64,000 nt of DNA from Candidatus Latescibacterota bacterium. GTDB lineage: Bacteria > Latescibacterota > UBA2968 > GCA-2709665. Under the pieces are notes generated by a model, which was given only the letters and a program-made list of their open reading frames with translations, was not told where the DNA came from and searched no databases. The position numbers and the translations under genes were made by a program. Below, in pieces: positions 17,613-29,833 of this stretch. The stretch spans positions 2,112,001-2,176,000 of the forward strand of contig OZ241917.1 in NCBI GenBank assembly GCA_965203805.1, given 5' to 3'. How positions within the stretch are numbered: position 1 is the first letter of the stretch; every line of letters begins with the position of its first letter.

Positions 17613-18998
17613 ATGAATCTCCAGGCGGTCGGGGAACGGCTCGACAAACCGTTCACGTTTGCCGTTGTGGGCGACACTCATTTTCTGCATCCGAAGTTCG
17701 GCCGGCAGGCCGAAGGGTCCGGCGTTTCGTTTCGCCCGTTGCAGGTTGACCAGTATCTCGAAAGCGTCCAATACGTCCTGATGCCGATGATGGCTTCTCT
17801 GAAGGAAGCGTCTCCGGCCTTTCTTGTGATCACCGGGGATGTGGTGGAGGGACATCAGGACGTCGAACTCTCCATCGACGAGATTAAGGAAGGGCTGGAA
17901 TTCTTCGAGGGATACGGGATTCCGCTTCTGTTCGCGTGCGGAAACAGAGACCGCGTCGAGGCATTCGACGGCGTTGTTCGACCGTATCTTGGCCGCTGGC
18001 TGGGCAGCACGCCCCACGAGCGGTTTTTCTATATGGATATTGCCGGTTGCCGGCTGATATTCCTCGACACGCCCGCCTGGACGCGGAACGGCAAACAGCG
18101 AAAGTGGCTGGAAAGCACGTTAGGTTCGCGGGAGGATGCGGGAATCGACCGGACGTTTCTGTTCGGACACCATCCGGTCTGGCCGATGGCAAGGGCCTTT
18201 TTCACCAGTCTCGACCTCCATCTCGATATGCCGGAAATATTGCGCGAGCATCCCGTAGACGCCTTTTTCTGCGGGCATACTCACAACCAGAGCGTGTTGC
18301 TTCACCGTACGGATGGGCGACCCGTTTTGCAATGCATGTGCGCTTCCATCGGCCTTTCCAGTGAGATGCCGACGCCGCTGGATCGTGTGCAGAACCTGCT
18401 GCCCCATCCCCGGGACGTGCTTGGCTGTTGGCCGGGGTATCTCGAGAATACGGCGCCTGGATGGTTTATTGTCCGCGTCCGCGAAACATCCGTCGAAGCC
18501 GAATGGCATCACCTGAACCGGGGAGTTGAAACCCGACTCGCCTGGCATCGACCCGGGGATCTTTCGACATTCGAGAAAATGGAACACCCACCCGATGCGC
18601 GTCTGATTTACGATGACCTGAACCATATCCGGCGCGTTTCCCTGCGATTCTGCGGATGGCATGCCTTGCGCGAGGACAAGCAGGTTTTCCTCAATGGCGA
18701 ACCGATCGGCCGCCTGCCTCCCGCAAACGACTATGCGCCGATCCGGATGGAGTTGCCGGCCGGATGTATTGAACATCTTCGCATGGAGAATCGGATCGAG
18801 ATCCAGGTTGCCCGGAGCGATGCAAGTACTCTAGGGAATTTCGCGCTCGAAGCGGTCCTGCCCGGTGGACGATTCGTGAGAACCCGGCCCATCGGTGAAA
18901 TATTCACCTGGTCCGACCGGTGGGGCGCGTGGAACTCGAACTGGCTGCAGAAAATGAAACCCGGACGGACGGCCACGACACTGCTGTGCTTTCAGTGA
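17613..18998 (+). CDS. Calcineurin-like metallophosphoesterase with C-terminal beta domain
   Basis: GDTH, ITGD, GNRD, GHHP and GHTH motifs. Confidence 0.85.
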   Translation: MNLQAVGERLDKPFTFAVVGDTHFLHPKFGRQAEGSGVSFRPLQVDQYLESVQYVLMPMMASLKEASPAFLVITGDVVEGHQDVELSIDEIKEGLEFFEGYGIPLLFACGNRDRVEAFDGVVRPYLGRWLGSTPHERFFYMDIAGCRLIFLDTPAWTRNGKQRKWLESTLGSREDAGIDRTFLFGHHPVWPMARAFFTSLDLHLDMPEILREHPVDAFFCGHTHNQSVLLHRTDGRPVLQCMCASIGLSSEMPTPLDRVQNLLPHPRDVLGCWPGYLENTAPGWFIVRVRETSVEAEWHHLNRGVETRLAWHRPGDLSTFEKMEHPPDARLIYDDLNHIRRVSLRFCGWHALREDKQVFLNGEPIGRLPPANDYAPIRMELPAGCIEHLRMENRIEIQVARSDASTLGNFALEAVLPGGRFVRTRPIGEIFTWSDRWGAWNSNWLQKMKPGRTATTLLCFQ

Positions 18999-19205
18999 AT
19001 CCGCTTGGATCCCGCCTGCGCCGGAAACTGAAGCGTCGAACGACAGCCTCAGCCTACGGCGGAATCGAACCTCCGCCGTCAGTAGCCGTAACAATCGCCC
19101 GCTGAGACCCACACAGCCGCTGCGGACACAGCCTGTGCCGATTCCCGGTCAGTCTCACCCGGGCATGCACTCGGCGCCCTCAATACCAGGACATCGGAAG
19201 TTGCC

Positions 19206-21284
<2,079 letters not shown>

Positions 21285-21335
21285 GAAACGCGATGGCGCC
21301 AACCGCGGACACTAAAGCCCCGACAGGAGGTTGTG

Positions 21336-21881
21336 ATGGCATCGGTACTGGTGGTAGGAGATGGTCCTGGCGGCCTGAGTGCGGCCCTGTTTCTGGCCAA
21401 AAACGGCATGGACGTCACGGTGTTCGGGCAGGACACGACGCCCATGCATAAGGCCATGCTCTACAATTACCTGGGCATTCCGGCGTTGACCGGGAGCGAA
21501 TTTCAACGCGTCACACGGGATCAGGTGAAAGCACAGGGGGCTCGCATCGAAGATGTGCAGGTCTCCGGCATCGAAAAATCCGGAAACGGATTCACGCTGA
21601 CCACCGGGGGCGGGGCTACCCACGAAGGGGACTATCTGATCCTGGCGGCGGGAACCAACGTGAAACTGGGCGTGAGTATGGGTCTGGAGAGAGGACCGGA
21701 CGGGCTGGTATGCGACCGGGACGGGCGCACGGCGGTTGAAGGCCTGTACGTCGTGGGATGGAGTACGCGTCTGCGGAAGACACAGGCGATCATTTCCGCC
21801 GGCCAGGGAGCCTCCGCCGCGCTCGACATTCTATCGGCCGAAGCGGGAGAAGACGTACACGATTTCGACGTGGTATCGTGA
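21336..21881 (+). CDS. Short FAD-dependent oxidoreductase (thioredoxin-reductase-like FAD domain)
   Basis: GDGPGGLSAA, LILAAG, TAVEGLYVVG and QAIISAGQG motifs, with RBS aggagg. Confidence 0.85.
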   Translation: MASVLVVGDGPGGLSAALFLAKNGMDVTVFGQDTTPMHKAMLYNYLGIPALTGSEFQRVTRDQVKAQGARIEDVQVSGIEKSGNGFTLTTGGGATHEGDYLILAAGTNVKLGVSMGLERGPDGLVCDRDGRTAVEGLYVVGWSTRLRKTQAIISAGQGASAALDILSAEAGEDVHDFDVVS

Positions 21882-21991
21882 CGCCACCGGGAAGCGCCCG
21901 TTGCGCGATTCGGACGCGTCGAAACCTCGGCGGCGCGCCGGCCGGCGGTCTGAACGTCACTCGCGTTGGACGGGCGTCTGCCTCCGATGGG

Positions 21992-22561
21992 TCAAAAGTA
22001 CCTGGGCGACTTGCGGGGTGCGGCCGGCCGGGGAGGCGCGTCCTTTTCCGGAACGCCGTGGCTGTCAATGATGCCGCGTACCACGTGGACCGGAAGGCCC
22101 ATCCGGACGGCCAATGCCATCGAATCACTCGGACGCGCGTCCATTTTGAACGTCGTTCCATCCGGACTCTGCAGGGTAAGAACGGCAAAGTAAGTACTCC
22201 TCAGCCCCCCTTCTTCCAGCGGGCGAAGTTCATCGATCACGATGGACCGAAGACGGACTCCGGCCTCCTTCATAACATTGTGAAACAGGTCGTGGGTGAA
22301 CGGACGTGGAAACGTCTCGTCGTTCAGCTTGCGCCAGATTGCCATCGCTTCGCATGGGCCGATCCAGATGGGCAGAAGTCTGCCGGTCTCGCTGTCTCGC
22401 AAAAAGACGACATACTGATCGTCCGAATCCCGCCCGACCTGATGGACCTCGGCTTTGATCAGGTCCTTTGCCCCTGGATCCGCGGGCGGCGCGAGGACGG
22501 GGCTCGGACACATCCAGAATGCGCAGAGAAACAACACCGAAATTCGGCATCTATGGTGCAT
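21992..22561 (-). CDS. Bifunctional nuclease family (DUF151) protein
   Basis: LPIWIGPCEA, RPFTHDL and DARPSDSMALA motifs. ATG 22561 with RBS aagga. Confidence 0.9.
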   Translation of the reverse strand: MHHRCRISVLFLCAFWMCPSPVLAPPADPGAKDLIKAEVHQVGRDSDDQYVVFLRDSETGRLLPIWIGPCEAMAIWRKLNDETFPRPFTHDLFHNVMKEAGVRLRSIVIDELRPLEEGGLRSTYFAVLTLQSPDGTTFKMDARPSDSMALAVRMGLPVHVVRGIIDSHGVPEKDAPPRPAAPRKSPRYF

Positions 22562-22687
22562 CTTGATTCCTTTCAGTGCGTGAGAGACCGGTGCTGGTCC
22601 GCATGAATTCTGTGGCTTTGCCGAATATACGCCGGCGCTTTTCCGGTAGCAATTCGAAAATTCCGTCGTGGCGGCGAGGTTCGCCGG

Positions 22688-22716
22688 TTGACAAGCACTA
22701 TCCAATATGCTATCTT
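22688..22716 (+). promoter_or_regulatory. Promoter of the yicC-gmk-rpoZ-coaBC cluster
   Basis: TTGACA-N17-TATCTT with an extended -10 TG. Confidence 0.7.
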
Positions 22717-22768
22717 TATAAGTTTCAGAATTTTACACCCTCTGTGCGTCGCAGAGACGGGAGAATGC

Positions 22769-23647
22769 ATGGTCGTCAGCATGACGGGTTTCGGGAGGGG
22801 TGAAGCCGAAACCAACGGATTTCGCGCCACGGTCGAGGTAAAATCGGTCAACGGACGTTACGGCGAGGTTTCCGTCCATCTGCCCAGGCAACTGTCTGCC
22901 CTGGAATCCCGGATCAAGGACCTGGTGCTTAAGGTTCTTTCACGCGGCCACATTCGCGTCTCGCTGAACCTGGACGGCGACGCGCTCGAACAGGGTATTC
23001 CGGTTCTGAACGAGCGCGTATTCGAAGGGTACCGGAACGGGCTCGTTCGGCTTCAAACGCGCCTGGGGCTTTCGGATGTGCCCGATCCCATGCAGGTCGC
23101 GCTGATGCCGAATGTATTTGATATCGAATCCAGGGCGCCGGATCTGGACGCCGTCTGGAAGGCGGTCGCGTCGGCCTGCGATCAGGCCGTAGCCCAATGT
23201 CAGTCGATGCGAACCAGAGAGGGAGCGCGGCTGGCGGAAGACTTCATGCGGCGGGTTCAACACCTCGAGGATTTGATCGCGCAGATCCGGAAGCAGGCGC
23301 CTCAACAGGTCGAGTCCGCCCGAAGACGGCTCGATGAAAAACTCCGGGAACTGATCGCCCCGGAACAGATCGACCGGAACCGTCTGATTACGGAAATTGC
23401 CGTGCTTGCGGAACGCATGGACATTACCGAGGAAACGGTCCGTTTCCACAGCCACAACGAACAGTTTCTGAAAACCCTCGACCGCGACGAGCCGATCGGC
23501 AGGCGTCTGAATTTTCTACTCCAGGAGATGCACCGGGAAGCGAATACGATCGGTTCCAAAGCGGGCGACGTGGAAATCGCGCATCTGGTGGTCGACGTCA
23601 AGGAAGAAATCGAGAAGCTCAAGGAGCAGGTACAGAATATAGAATAA
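22769..23647 (+). CDS. yicC: YicC/YloC endoribonuclease
   Basis: SMTGFGRG, EVKSVNGRY and GRRLNFLLQEMHREANTIGSK motifs, in its usual position upstream of gmk. Confidence 0.95.
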   Translation: MVVSMTGFGRGEAETNGFRATVEVKSVNGRYGEVSVHLPRQLSALESRIKDLVLKVLSRGHIRVSLNLDGDALEQGIPVLNERVFEGYRNGLVRLQTRLGLSDVPDPMQVALMPNVFDIESRAPDLDAVWKAVASACDQAVAQCQSMRTREGARLAEDFMRRVQHLEDLIAQIRKQAPQQVESARRRLDEKLRELIAPEQIDRNRLITEIAVLAERMDITEETVRFHSHNEQFLKTLDRDEPIGRRLNFLLQEMHREANTIGSKAGDVEIAHLVVDVKEEIEKLKEQVQNIE

Positions 23648-23807
23648 CAGTCCGTTGAAAAAGTCGCTCTGCAGGCGAGGCCGAGACATTGTGGCCGAAG
23701 ACAAGGCGTGCGACCGACGCGAATCCCTGGATTCGGGGAGGGAGCGCAACGCCGTATTTCGGTCACAAGGGCCGGACGCAGACCGGATGGACTTTATCAA
23801 CGGGCTG
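23648..23807. mobile_element. 160-bp MITE-like element with 18-bp terminal inverted repeats
   Basis: cagtccgttgaaaaagtc ... gactttatcaacgggctg (16/18 complementary). It begins immediately after the yicC TAA. Confidence 0.75.
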
Positions 23808-23831
23808 ATTTCGGCGGGACCGGTTTCGCAT

Positions 23832-24497
23832 ATGGAAGAATCGCGTGGAATTGATTCCCTTCAGGACCGACTCGACTGCAATCCGGGTTCGTTCGCCGTG
23901 GTGCTTTCAGGTCCTGCCGGGGCGGGCAAAACGTCAGTCGCCCAGGGACTCCTCGCGCGCGACGCCTCCCTCCGGAGATGCGTGACCACGACCACCCGCG
24001 CGAAGCGTCCCGACGAGACGGACGGCGTCGACTACTATTTCGTTTCGGAAGCGGCGTTTCGTTCCGGCATGAAACAGGGGTGTTTTCTGGAATGGGCGGA
24101 GGTCTATGGCTGTTTCTATGGGGCGACCTTCGAGGCGGCCGCGAGCGCAATCGGAAACGGCGGGGTATCGCTGCTCGTGGTAGACGTACAGGGCGCGGCG
24201 GCGTGGAAGCGCGTGCTCAATGAACGTTGCGTAAGCGTGTTCGTGCTGCCTCAGTCGGCCAGCGTGCTGGAAGCGCGACTGCGAGGACGGCAGTCGGAAG
24301 GGGCCGGGGCCCTGGACCGGAGGCTGAAAAACGCACGAACGGAACTCGCCAGAGCCAGGGAATTTGATTATCTCGTCGTCAATACAGATCTGGACCGCGC
24401 CATCGCCGATGTTGAGGGAATGATTCGCGCCGAACGTCGCAGGCCTCGCCGAACACCCGATCTTCTCGCCGAATTCGAGCGGGGGATCGGGCCCTGA
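23832..24497 (+). CDS. gmk: Guanylate kinase
   Basis: SGPAGAGKT, TTTRAKRPDETDGVDYYF and FLEWAEVYG motifs. Start placed after the MITE. Confidence 0.95.
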   Translation: MEESRGIDSLQDRLDCNPGSFAVVLSGPAGAGKTSVAQGLLARDASLRRCVTTTTRAKRPDETDGVDYYFVSEAAFRSGMKQGCFLEWAEVYGCFYGATFEAAASAIGNGGVSLLVVDVQGAAAWKRVLNERCVSVFVLPQSASVLEARLRGRQSEGAGALDRRLKNARTELARAREFDYLVVNTDLDRAIADVEGMIRAERRRPRRTPDLLAEFERGIGP

Positions 24498-24595
24498 CGC
24501 CGAGTCAGAAGAGGCAGCCATAACATTGTGAATATAAGGAATCTCAATCTACCCGAAGACGGTTGCGGCACGCAAAAATGGAGGATGGTCCACCC

Positions 24596-24856
24596 ATGTC
24601 ACGGATTTTCTTTCTGGAAGAGATCAGCAACGACGAGATGAACCCGTACGAGGCGGTCAGCGCCGCATCGAGGGAGTCCCGTCGGATTAATCAGGCCCGG
24701 ATGGCCAGGGACGTCTCGGGAGAGGTGGAAAAACCCACAACGCTGTCGCTCGACCGCCTTTCGACGGGCAAAGTGCAGGTTTCGTACGAAGGCGACGCGG
24801 AGATGGAAGCGGAACATGGCAATGCCGGCGAAGATGAGGATCCTTCTGGGAATTAG
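24596..24856 (+). CDS. rpoZ: RNA polymerase omega subunit
   Basis: NPYEAVSAASRESRRIN and KPTTLSL motifs, and gmk-rpoZ-coaBC synteny. Confidence 0.85.
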   Translation: MSRIFFLEEISNDEMNPYEAVSAASRESRRINQARMARDVSGEVEKPTTLSLDRLSTGKVQVSYEGDAEMEAEHGNAGEDEDPSGN

Positions 24857-26015
24857 CGGCGGGATTGCCGCCTACAAGGGTGTTGACGTGCTTCGCGGCC
24901 TGCAGCGCGAGGGCGCCGAAGTGCGGGTGGTTATGACCGCCGCCGCACAGAAGTTCATTCAGCCGATCACGTTTGAAGTACTTTCCGGCCACCGCGTCTA
25001 TACCCGTCTTTTTCCTGAGACGGGTGATCCTGACGTTATCCACGTCACACTGGGCGGGTGGCCGGACCTGATCCTGATTGCGCCCGCAACCGCCAATGTC
25101 ATCGGAAAGATGGCGAACGGGCTGGCGGACGACCTGCTCACGTGCACCGTGCTGTCAAGTGAGGCGCCGGTGATGGTTGCGCCGGCAATGGAAACGGCAA
25201 TGTACCGGCATCCTGCTTCACAGCGCAATCTTCAGCGACTTGCCGATATGGGGTATCGTCTGATCGGTCCTGAGGACGGCGTGCTTGCTTCAGGCCGCAG
25301 CGGAGTGGGACGGCTATCGGATCCTGAGCGCATTGTCTCCGAAGCCGTTTCCGCCGCAGCTGCATCCGGAGATTTTTCAGGACGCAGGATTGTGGTCACC
25401 GGCGGACGGACGGAAGAAGACATCGATCCCGTTCGCTTTATCACAAACCGGTCCACGGGAAAGATGGGGTATGCCGTAGCCCGCCGCGCCAGGCAGCGCG
25501 GTGCTGAAGTGGTACTGGTAAGCGGCCCGGGAAATCTGGATCCGCCCGCAGGCGTCGACCTGATTCGGGTAAGAACGGTGTCTGAAATGCGCACGGCGAC
25601 GGAATCGGCGTTCGAAGGCGCGGACGCCCTGGTCATGACGGCGGCCGTACTTGATTTCAGGCCTCGCGTCGTCTCCGAGGGGAAAATCAAGAAAAGCGTC
25701 AACGGGCTGACCCTGGATCTGGTCGCGAACGAGGATTTTCTGGTGGAACTTGGGGCCCGGAAACGAGGCCGTGTGGTGGTCGGATTCGCGATGGAAACGG
25801 AAAATGGCCTGTCCAACGCACGCAAGAAACTGACGGAGAAACATCTGGATATGATTGTCTTGAACAATTTGAAGGAGGCTGGCGCCGGATTCGGCGTGGA
25901 CACGAACGTGGTCACGCTGATCGACGCGGACGGTGCGGCGGAACCGTTGCCGAAATTGGCCAAGCTCGAGGTTGCCGACCGAATTCTGGACAGGATAAGA
26001 GACCGGTGGACTTAG
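24816..26015 (+). CDS. coaBC: Phosphopantothenoylcysteine decarboxylase/ligase
   Basis: GISGGIAAYK, APATAN, DPVRFITNRSTGKMG and VGFAMET motifs. The start may be a few codons later. Confidence 0.96.
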   Translation: MAMPAKMRILLGISGGIAAYKGVDVLRGLQREGAEVRVVMTAAAQKFIQPITFEVLSGHRVYTRLFPETGDPDVIHVTLGGWPDLILIAPATANVIGKMANGLADDLLTCTVLSSEAPVMVAPAMETAMYRHPASQRNLQRLADMGYRLIGPEDGVLASGRSGVGRLSDPERIVSEAVSAAAASGDFSGRRIVVTGGRTEEDIDPVRFITNRSTGKMGYAVARRARQRGAEVVLVSGPGNLDPPAGVDLIRVRTVSEMRTATESAFEGADALVMTAAVLDFRPRVVSEGKIKKSVNGLTLDLVANEDFLVELGARKRGRVVVGFAMETENGLSNARKKLTEKHLDMIVLNNLKEAGAGFGVDTNVVTLIDADGAAEPLPKLAKLEVADRILDRIRDRWT

Positions 26016-26671
26016 ACGTCGAGGCGAGAGAGACGCTGGAAGCGGTGCGGACGTTCATTAAGGCTCAGGCGGAGTATGGCCTGACCGAATTCAGACTCAC
26101 GCGTACGGACGCAGGGGCACAGCTTGCCGATTTTCACGAATCGATCCGGGACTGCCGGATGTGCGGGCTTTCCGAGGGACGGCGCACCGTGGTCTTCGGC
26201 AGCGGAAGCCCGAATGCGGATCTGATGTTTGTCGGCGAGGCGCCCGGAGCGGACGAAGACAGGACGGGCCTTCCGTTCGTCGGATCCGCCGGCGCATTAC
26301 TGACCCGCATGATCGAGGCCATCGGGTTTCGACGCGAGGACGTCTATATTGCCAATGTCATCAAATGCAGGCCGCCTGCGAACCGGGACCCTTTGCCGAC
26401 GGAAATCGAGACGTGCAGGCCCTATCTCGAACGGCAGATTGAACTCGTTCAGCCAGTAGCCATCTGCGCGCTCGGTCTATTCGCCGCGCAGACACTGCTG
26501 GAATCGGACGAATCGATGGGCAGTCTGCGCGGTCGGCTCTTTTCGTACCGGGGCATTCATCTCATTCCCACCTATCATCCGGCCGCGCTGCTCCGAAACC
26601 AACAATGGAAACGCCCCGCCTGGCAGGACCTGCAGCTTCTCAGGCGGGTGTGCGACGGCGCGTCCGGTTAG
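26006..26671 (+). CDS. Family-4 (Fe-S) uracil-DNA glycosylase
   Basis: Cxx[23 protein letters not shown] and TYHPAALLR motifs. Confidence 0.95.
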   Translation: MDLDVEARETLEAVRTFIKAQAEYGLTEFRLTRTDAGAQLADFHESIRDCRMCGLSEGRRTVVFGSGSPNADLMFVGEAPGADEDRTGLPFVGSAGALLTRMIEAIGFRREDVYIANVIKCRPPANRDPLPTEIETCRPYLERQIELVQPVAICALGLFAAQTLLESDESMGSLRGRLFSYRGIHLIPTYHPAALLRNQQWKRPAWQDLQLLRRVCDGASG

Positions 26672-26730
26672 AGTCGACCGCGCGGCCGCCTGTCAGTAGA
26701 CGGGACGCGAACCTCTTCAATGGGTATCCA

Positions 26731-28113
26731 ATGGCTTCCCAACCCACCACACAGACACCCGCAGATCGTCCGCATCCCCAGGCGCAGGAGGTGGAACGGG
26801 CGGTACTGGGCGCGATGTTCATTGACAACGCGGCCATCAGCCGGGTGATCGAGGTCCTGGGCGACGAGACGGCGTTTTACCATTCCGCAAACCGCCGGGT
26901 TTACGCTGCCGTCCTCGCACTGTACGAGCGGGGCCTTCCGGTGGATGAAGTCACGGTTGCGGAGGAATTGAAGCGCCGCGGGCAATTCGAAGACGTGGGC
27001 GGGTACGCCTATGTTGCGGGTCTGGGCGGCGAAATGGCAACAGGCGCCAACGCCGAATACCATGCCAGAATCGTGCTCGAACGCGCGCAGCGCCGCAGGT
27101 TGATCGACGCGTCCACGCAGACGATTGCCGAGTGTTACGACGATGGGAAAGAGGTCCGCGAGGTGATCGACAGCGCCGAGCAGCGGGTGTTCCGAATCGC
27201 TGAGGGCGAACTCGGACAGGGCGTCGTTTCGCTTGAGGCCAAGCTGCACGATACGCTGGAACTCATCGAAAGAGCACAGAGACAGGCTGGCGTCCTGTCC
27301 GGCGTCACCACCGGGTATTCCGATCTCAATGGAATAACGGCCGGGCTGCAACGATCGGATCTGATTATCATTGCCTCTCGTCCGTCAATGGGCAAAACGG
27401 CGCTGACATTGTGCATGGCGCGCAATGCCGCCCTGGACGAGGAGACCAGGACACCGGTGCTGTATTTCTCCCTGGAAATGAGTATGCAGCAACTCGCGTT
27501 GCGTCTGCTATGCGCCGAGGCAAGCGTGTCTTCGCACGGATTGCGCACGGGAAGGCTGGCGGCGGAGGACTGGCAGCGGCTGGCGGCCCACGCGGAAAAA
27601 CTGTCGGAGGCGCCTATCTTTATTGACGACACGCCGGGCATCTCCGCACTGGAACTTCGGGCCAAAGCCCGGCGCGCGAAGATGGAGCACAAGATCGGCC
27701 TGATTTTCGTGGATTACATGCAACTGATGACCACCTCGGCGCGAGTGGACAACCGCGAACAGGAAATCGCAAGCATTTCCCGCTCGCTCAAGGCGTTGGC
27801 CAAAGAACTGGACCTTCCGGTCGTGGCCTGCGCGCAGTTGTCGCGGGCCGTCGAATCCAGAACGGACAAGCGACCGCAGCTTTCCGACCTGCGCGAAAGC
27901 GGCAGTATCGAGCAGGACGCCGACGTGGTCGCGTTTCTCTATCGTCCGGGTCACTACGGCCTGTTGGATGACGAGGGCCAGCCTATTCCTGAGGGGAAGG
28001 CTGAGATCATTATCGGCAAGCACCGGAACGGCCCGACGGACAGCGTTCCGCTTACCTTCTTACCGGAAACCTTGCGTTTTGAAAGCAGTCACATACCTGA
28101 CGATCCTTTCTAA
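26731..28113 (+). CDS. dnaB: Replicative DNA helicase
   Basis: ERAVLGA, SRPSMGKT, VDYMQL, QLSRAVE and DLRESGSIEQDAD motifs. Confidence 0.98.
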   Translation: MASQPTTQTPADRPHPQAQEVERAVLGAMFIDNAAISRVIEVLGDETAFYHSANRRVYAAVLALYERGLPVDEVTVAEELKRRGQFEDVGGYAYVAGLGGEMATGANAEYHARIVLERAQRRRLIDASTQTIAECYDDGKEVREVIDSAEQRVFRIAEGELGQGVVSLEAKLHDTLELIERAQRQAGVLSGVTTGYSDLNGITAGLQRSDLIIIASRPSMGKTALTLCMARNAALDEETRTPVLYFSLEMSMQQLALRLLCAEASVSSHGLRTGRLAAEDWQRLAAHAEKLSEAPIFIDDTPGISALELRAKARRAKMEHKIGLIFVDYMQLMTTSARVDNREQEIASISRSLKALAKELDLPVVACAQLSRAVESRTDKRPQLSDLRESGSIEQDADVVAFLYRPGHYGLLDDEGQPIPEGKAEIIIGKHRNGPTDSVPLTFLPETLRFESSHIPDDPF

Positions 28114-28212
28114 CACAATACGTGCAGCGCGTCGCGGTGGGCAGGCAAACGGCCCGCCCTAAAGTCAGCAACAACCGATTGAGTCAGATCATTCTGATCT
28201 GTCAACACGAGG

Positions 28213-28869
28213 ATGGATATGGAACGTCGACGATCTCCACACCGTTCACACGTAAGGGTTTCCAAACTGCTCTCTCTCATGCTTCGCCATCGGCCGGAAG
28301 AGTTCGGCGTTGAGGTCGATGGGTACGGCTATGCGGATTTCGACGCCGTGATATCCGCATTGAAGAAACAAGACGCGAGTATTGAAACCGAAGACGTCGA
28401 AGCTCTGGTCTACCGGGCCGACAAGAAACGATTCGAGATTGTCGACGGCCGAATCCGGGCGCGCTACGGGCACAGCATTTCCATGGAATTGGGAACCGAT
28501 CCCGTGGAACCTCCGGAACACCTGTACAAGGGCTCAGGCGCATCGGAGGTGGAAGACATCCTGAAAAGCGGCTTGAAGCCCGTCGACCGGCAGTATGTTC
28601 ACCTCTCTTTCGAGGCTGCCGTCGCGCTCAGGCTGGCGGAACACAGGCGGGAGCCAGGCGCCGTGATACGGGTGGAGGCACGCAGGGCCGCCACGGACGG
28701 TATTCAATTCTTCGACTGCGGACCCACGATCCTGGCACGGGAGATTCCGTCTGAGTTTCTGTCCGTCGACGCCCCACCCGCGCCGGCGCCGGATGACGGG
28801 TTGACGGTGAAACAAAGCGAGGGGCCGGTGACGTACGGCAGAAAACGCCGATTCGGGTCCCGGAGATAG
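28213..28869 (+). CDS. kptA: RNA 2'-phosphotransferase (Tpt1/KptA)
   Basis: SKLLSLMLRH, KKRFE, IRARYGHS and RQYVHLS motifs. Confidence 0.9.
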   Translation: MDMERRRSPHRSHVRVSKLLSLMLRHRPEEFGVEVDGYGYADFDAVISALKKQDASIETEDVEALVYRADKKRFEIVDGRIRARYGHSISMELGTDPVEPPEHLYKGSGASEVEDILKSGLKPVDRQYVHLSFEAAVALRLAEHRREPGAVIRVEARRAATDGIQFFDCGPTILAREIPSEFLSVDAPPAPAPDDGLTVKQSEGPVTYGRKRRFGSRR

Positions 28870-28893
28870 CGCGCGGCGGGAGATATTGATCCG

Positions 28894-29784
28894 ATGGCAA
28901 AACAGGATCGGTCCGGAGCATACGCGTTATTGAATGCAGCCGCCAATCTCACCGGAGAGATTGGCGCCGATCTCGTGTTGCTCGTGGCGGATTCCGGCGT
29001 GAGCCGGACGGCGGTACAATCCCTGAACGATGCCTGCCCGGTCCTGCTGGTCACCCGGCGCGATCGATTTCTTCAGGGCATCGAGGACAACGGGATCCGC
29101 CGGTTAAGGCTGGACCATGACGAGGTCTCCCATCTGGAACGGGTGCGGCATGGGATCACTCTGGGCATGGAAGCCGGTCACATCAAGAAGGGCAGTCGGC
29201 TGATCTGCCTGGCGAGCGCTCTGGAACATGGTGGCGTGGACACCCTGATGACCGTGGACACGCGCAGGGAGTTGGAGGACTTCGATCCGGAGAGCCTGGC
29301 CGCTCTCGCGGGAGAACTGCCCGTTGAAGTGGTCAAATCGGTGCTGGATATCGCCCTTGACATCGGGCGGGAAGGCCGGGAAGGAGAACAGCTCGGCACG
29401 CTCTTCGTGCTTGGCGACTCGGACCGCGTCCTGGCCAATTCCCGCGTGATGACGTATGATCCGTTCCGCGGGTATTCAAAACGAGAGCGGAACATCTGTG
29501 ATCCCGACAACCGCGAAGGCGTAAAGGAAGTCGCCCTGATGGACGGCGCCTTCATCATCCAGGAGGATGGCGTAATACGCTCAGGTTGTCGTTACATTAC
29601 CTCGTATGTGAGGGGTCTCACACTGCCCAAGGGACTGGGCGCACGGCATGTTGCCGCGGCGGCGGTCACCAAAAACACTGACGCCATCGCAGTGGCGGTT
29701 TCGGAGTCCACCGGAACCGTAAGGGCATTCAAACGCGGAGAGATTGTCCTCCGGCGAGATCCGGGCCGACGGATCGCCCGTTAA
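28894..29784 (+). CDS. Diadenylate cyclase (DisA_N/DAC domain) with DacZ-like N-terminal domain
   Basis: GREGEQLGTLF, MDGA, GLGARH and VSES motifs. No TM segments. Confidence 0.85.
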   Translation: MAKQDRSGAYALLNAAANLTGEIGADLVLLVADSGVSRTAVQSLNDACPVLLVTRRDRFLQGIEDNGIRRLRLDHDEVSHLERVRHGITLGMEAGHIKKGSRLICLASALEHGGVDTLMTVDTRRELEDFDPESLAALAGELPVEVVKSVLDIALDIGREGREGEQLGTLFVLGDSDRVLANSRVMTYDPFRGYSKRERNICDPDNREGVKEVALMDGAFIIQEDGVIRSGCRYITSYVRGLTLPKGLGARHVAAAAVTKNTDAIAVAVSESTGTVRAFKRGEIVLRRDPGRRIAR

Positions 29785-29833
29785 GCGGCCCGTTCCGGCC
29801 TATGGTGTTCTGTCCCGTCGGAACAAAACCGTG

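Noticed and set aside
23655-23831. N-terminal extension of Gmk in the ORF track
   Set aside because: It derives from read-through of the MITE. The downstream ATG at 23832 gives a normal-sized protein.
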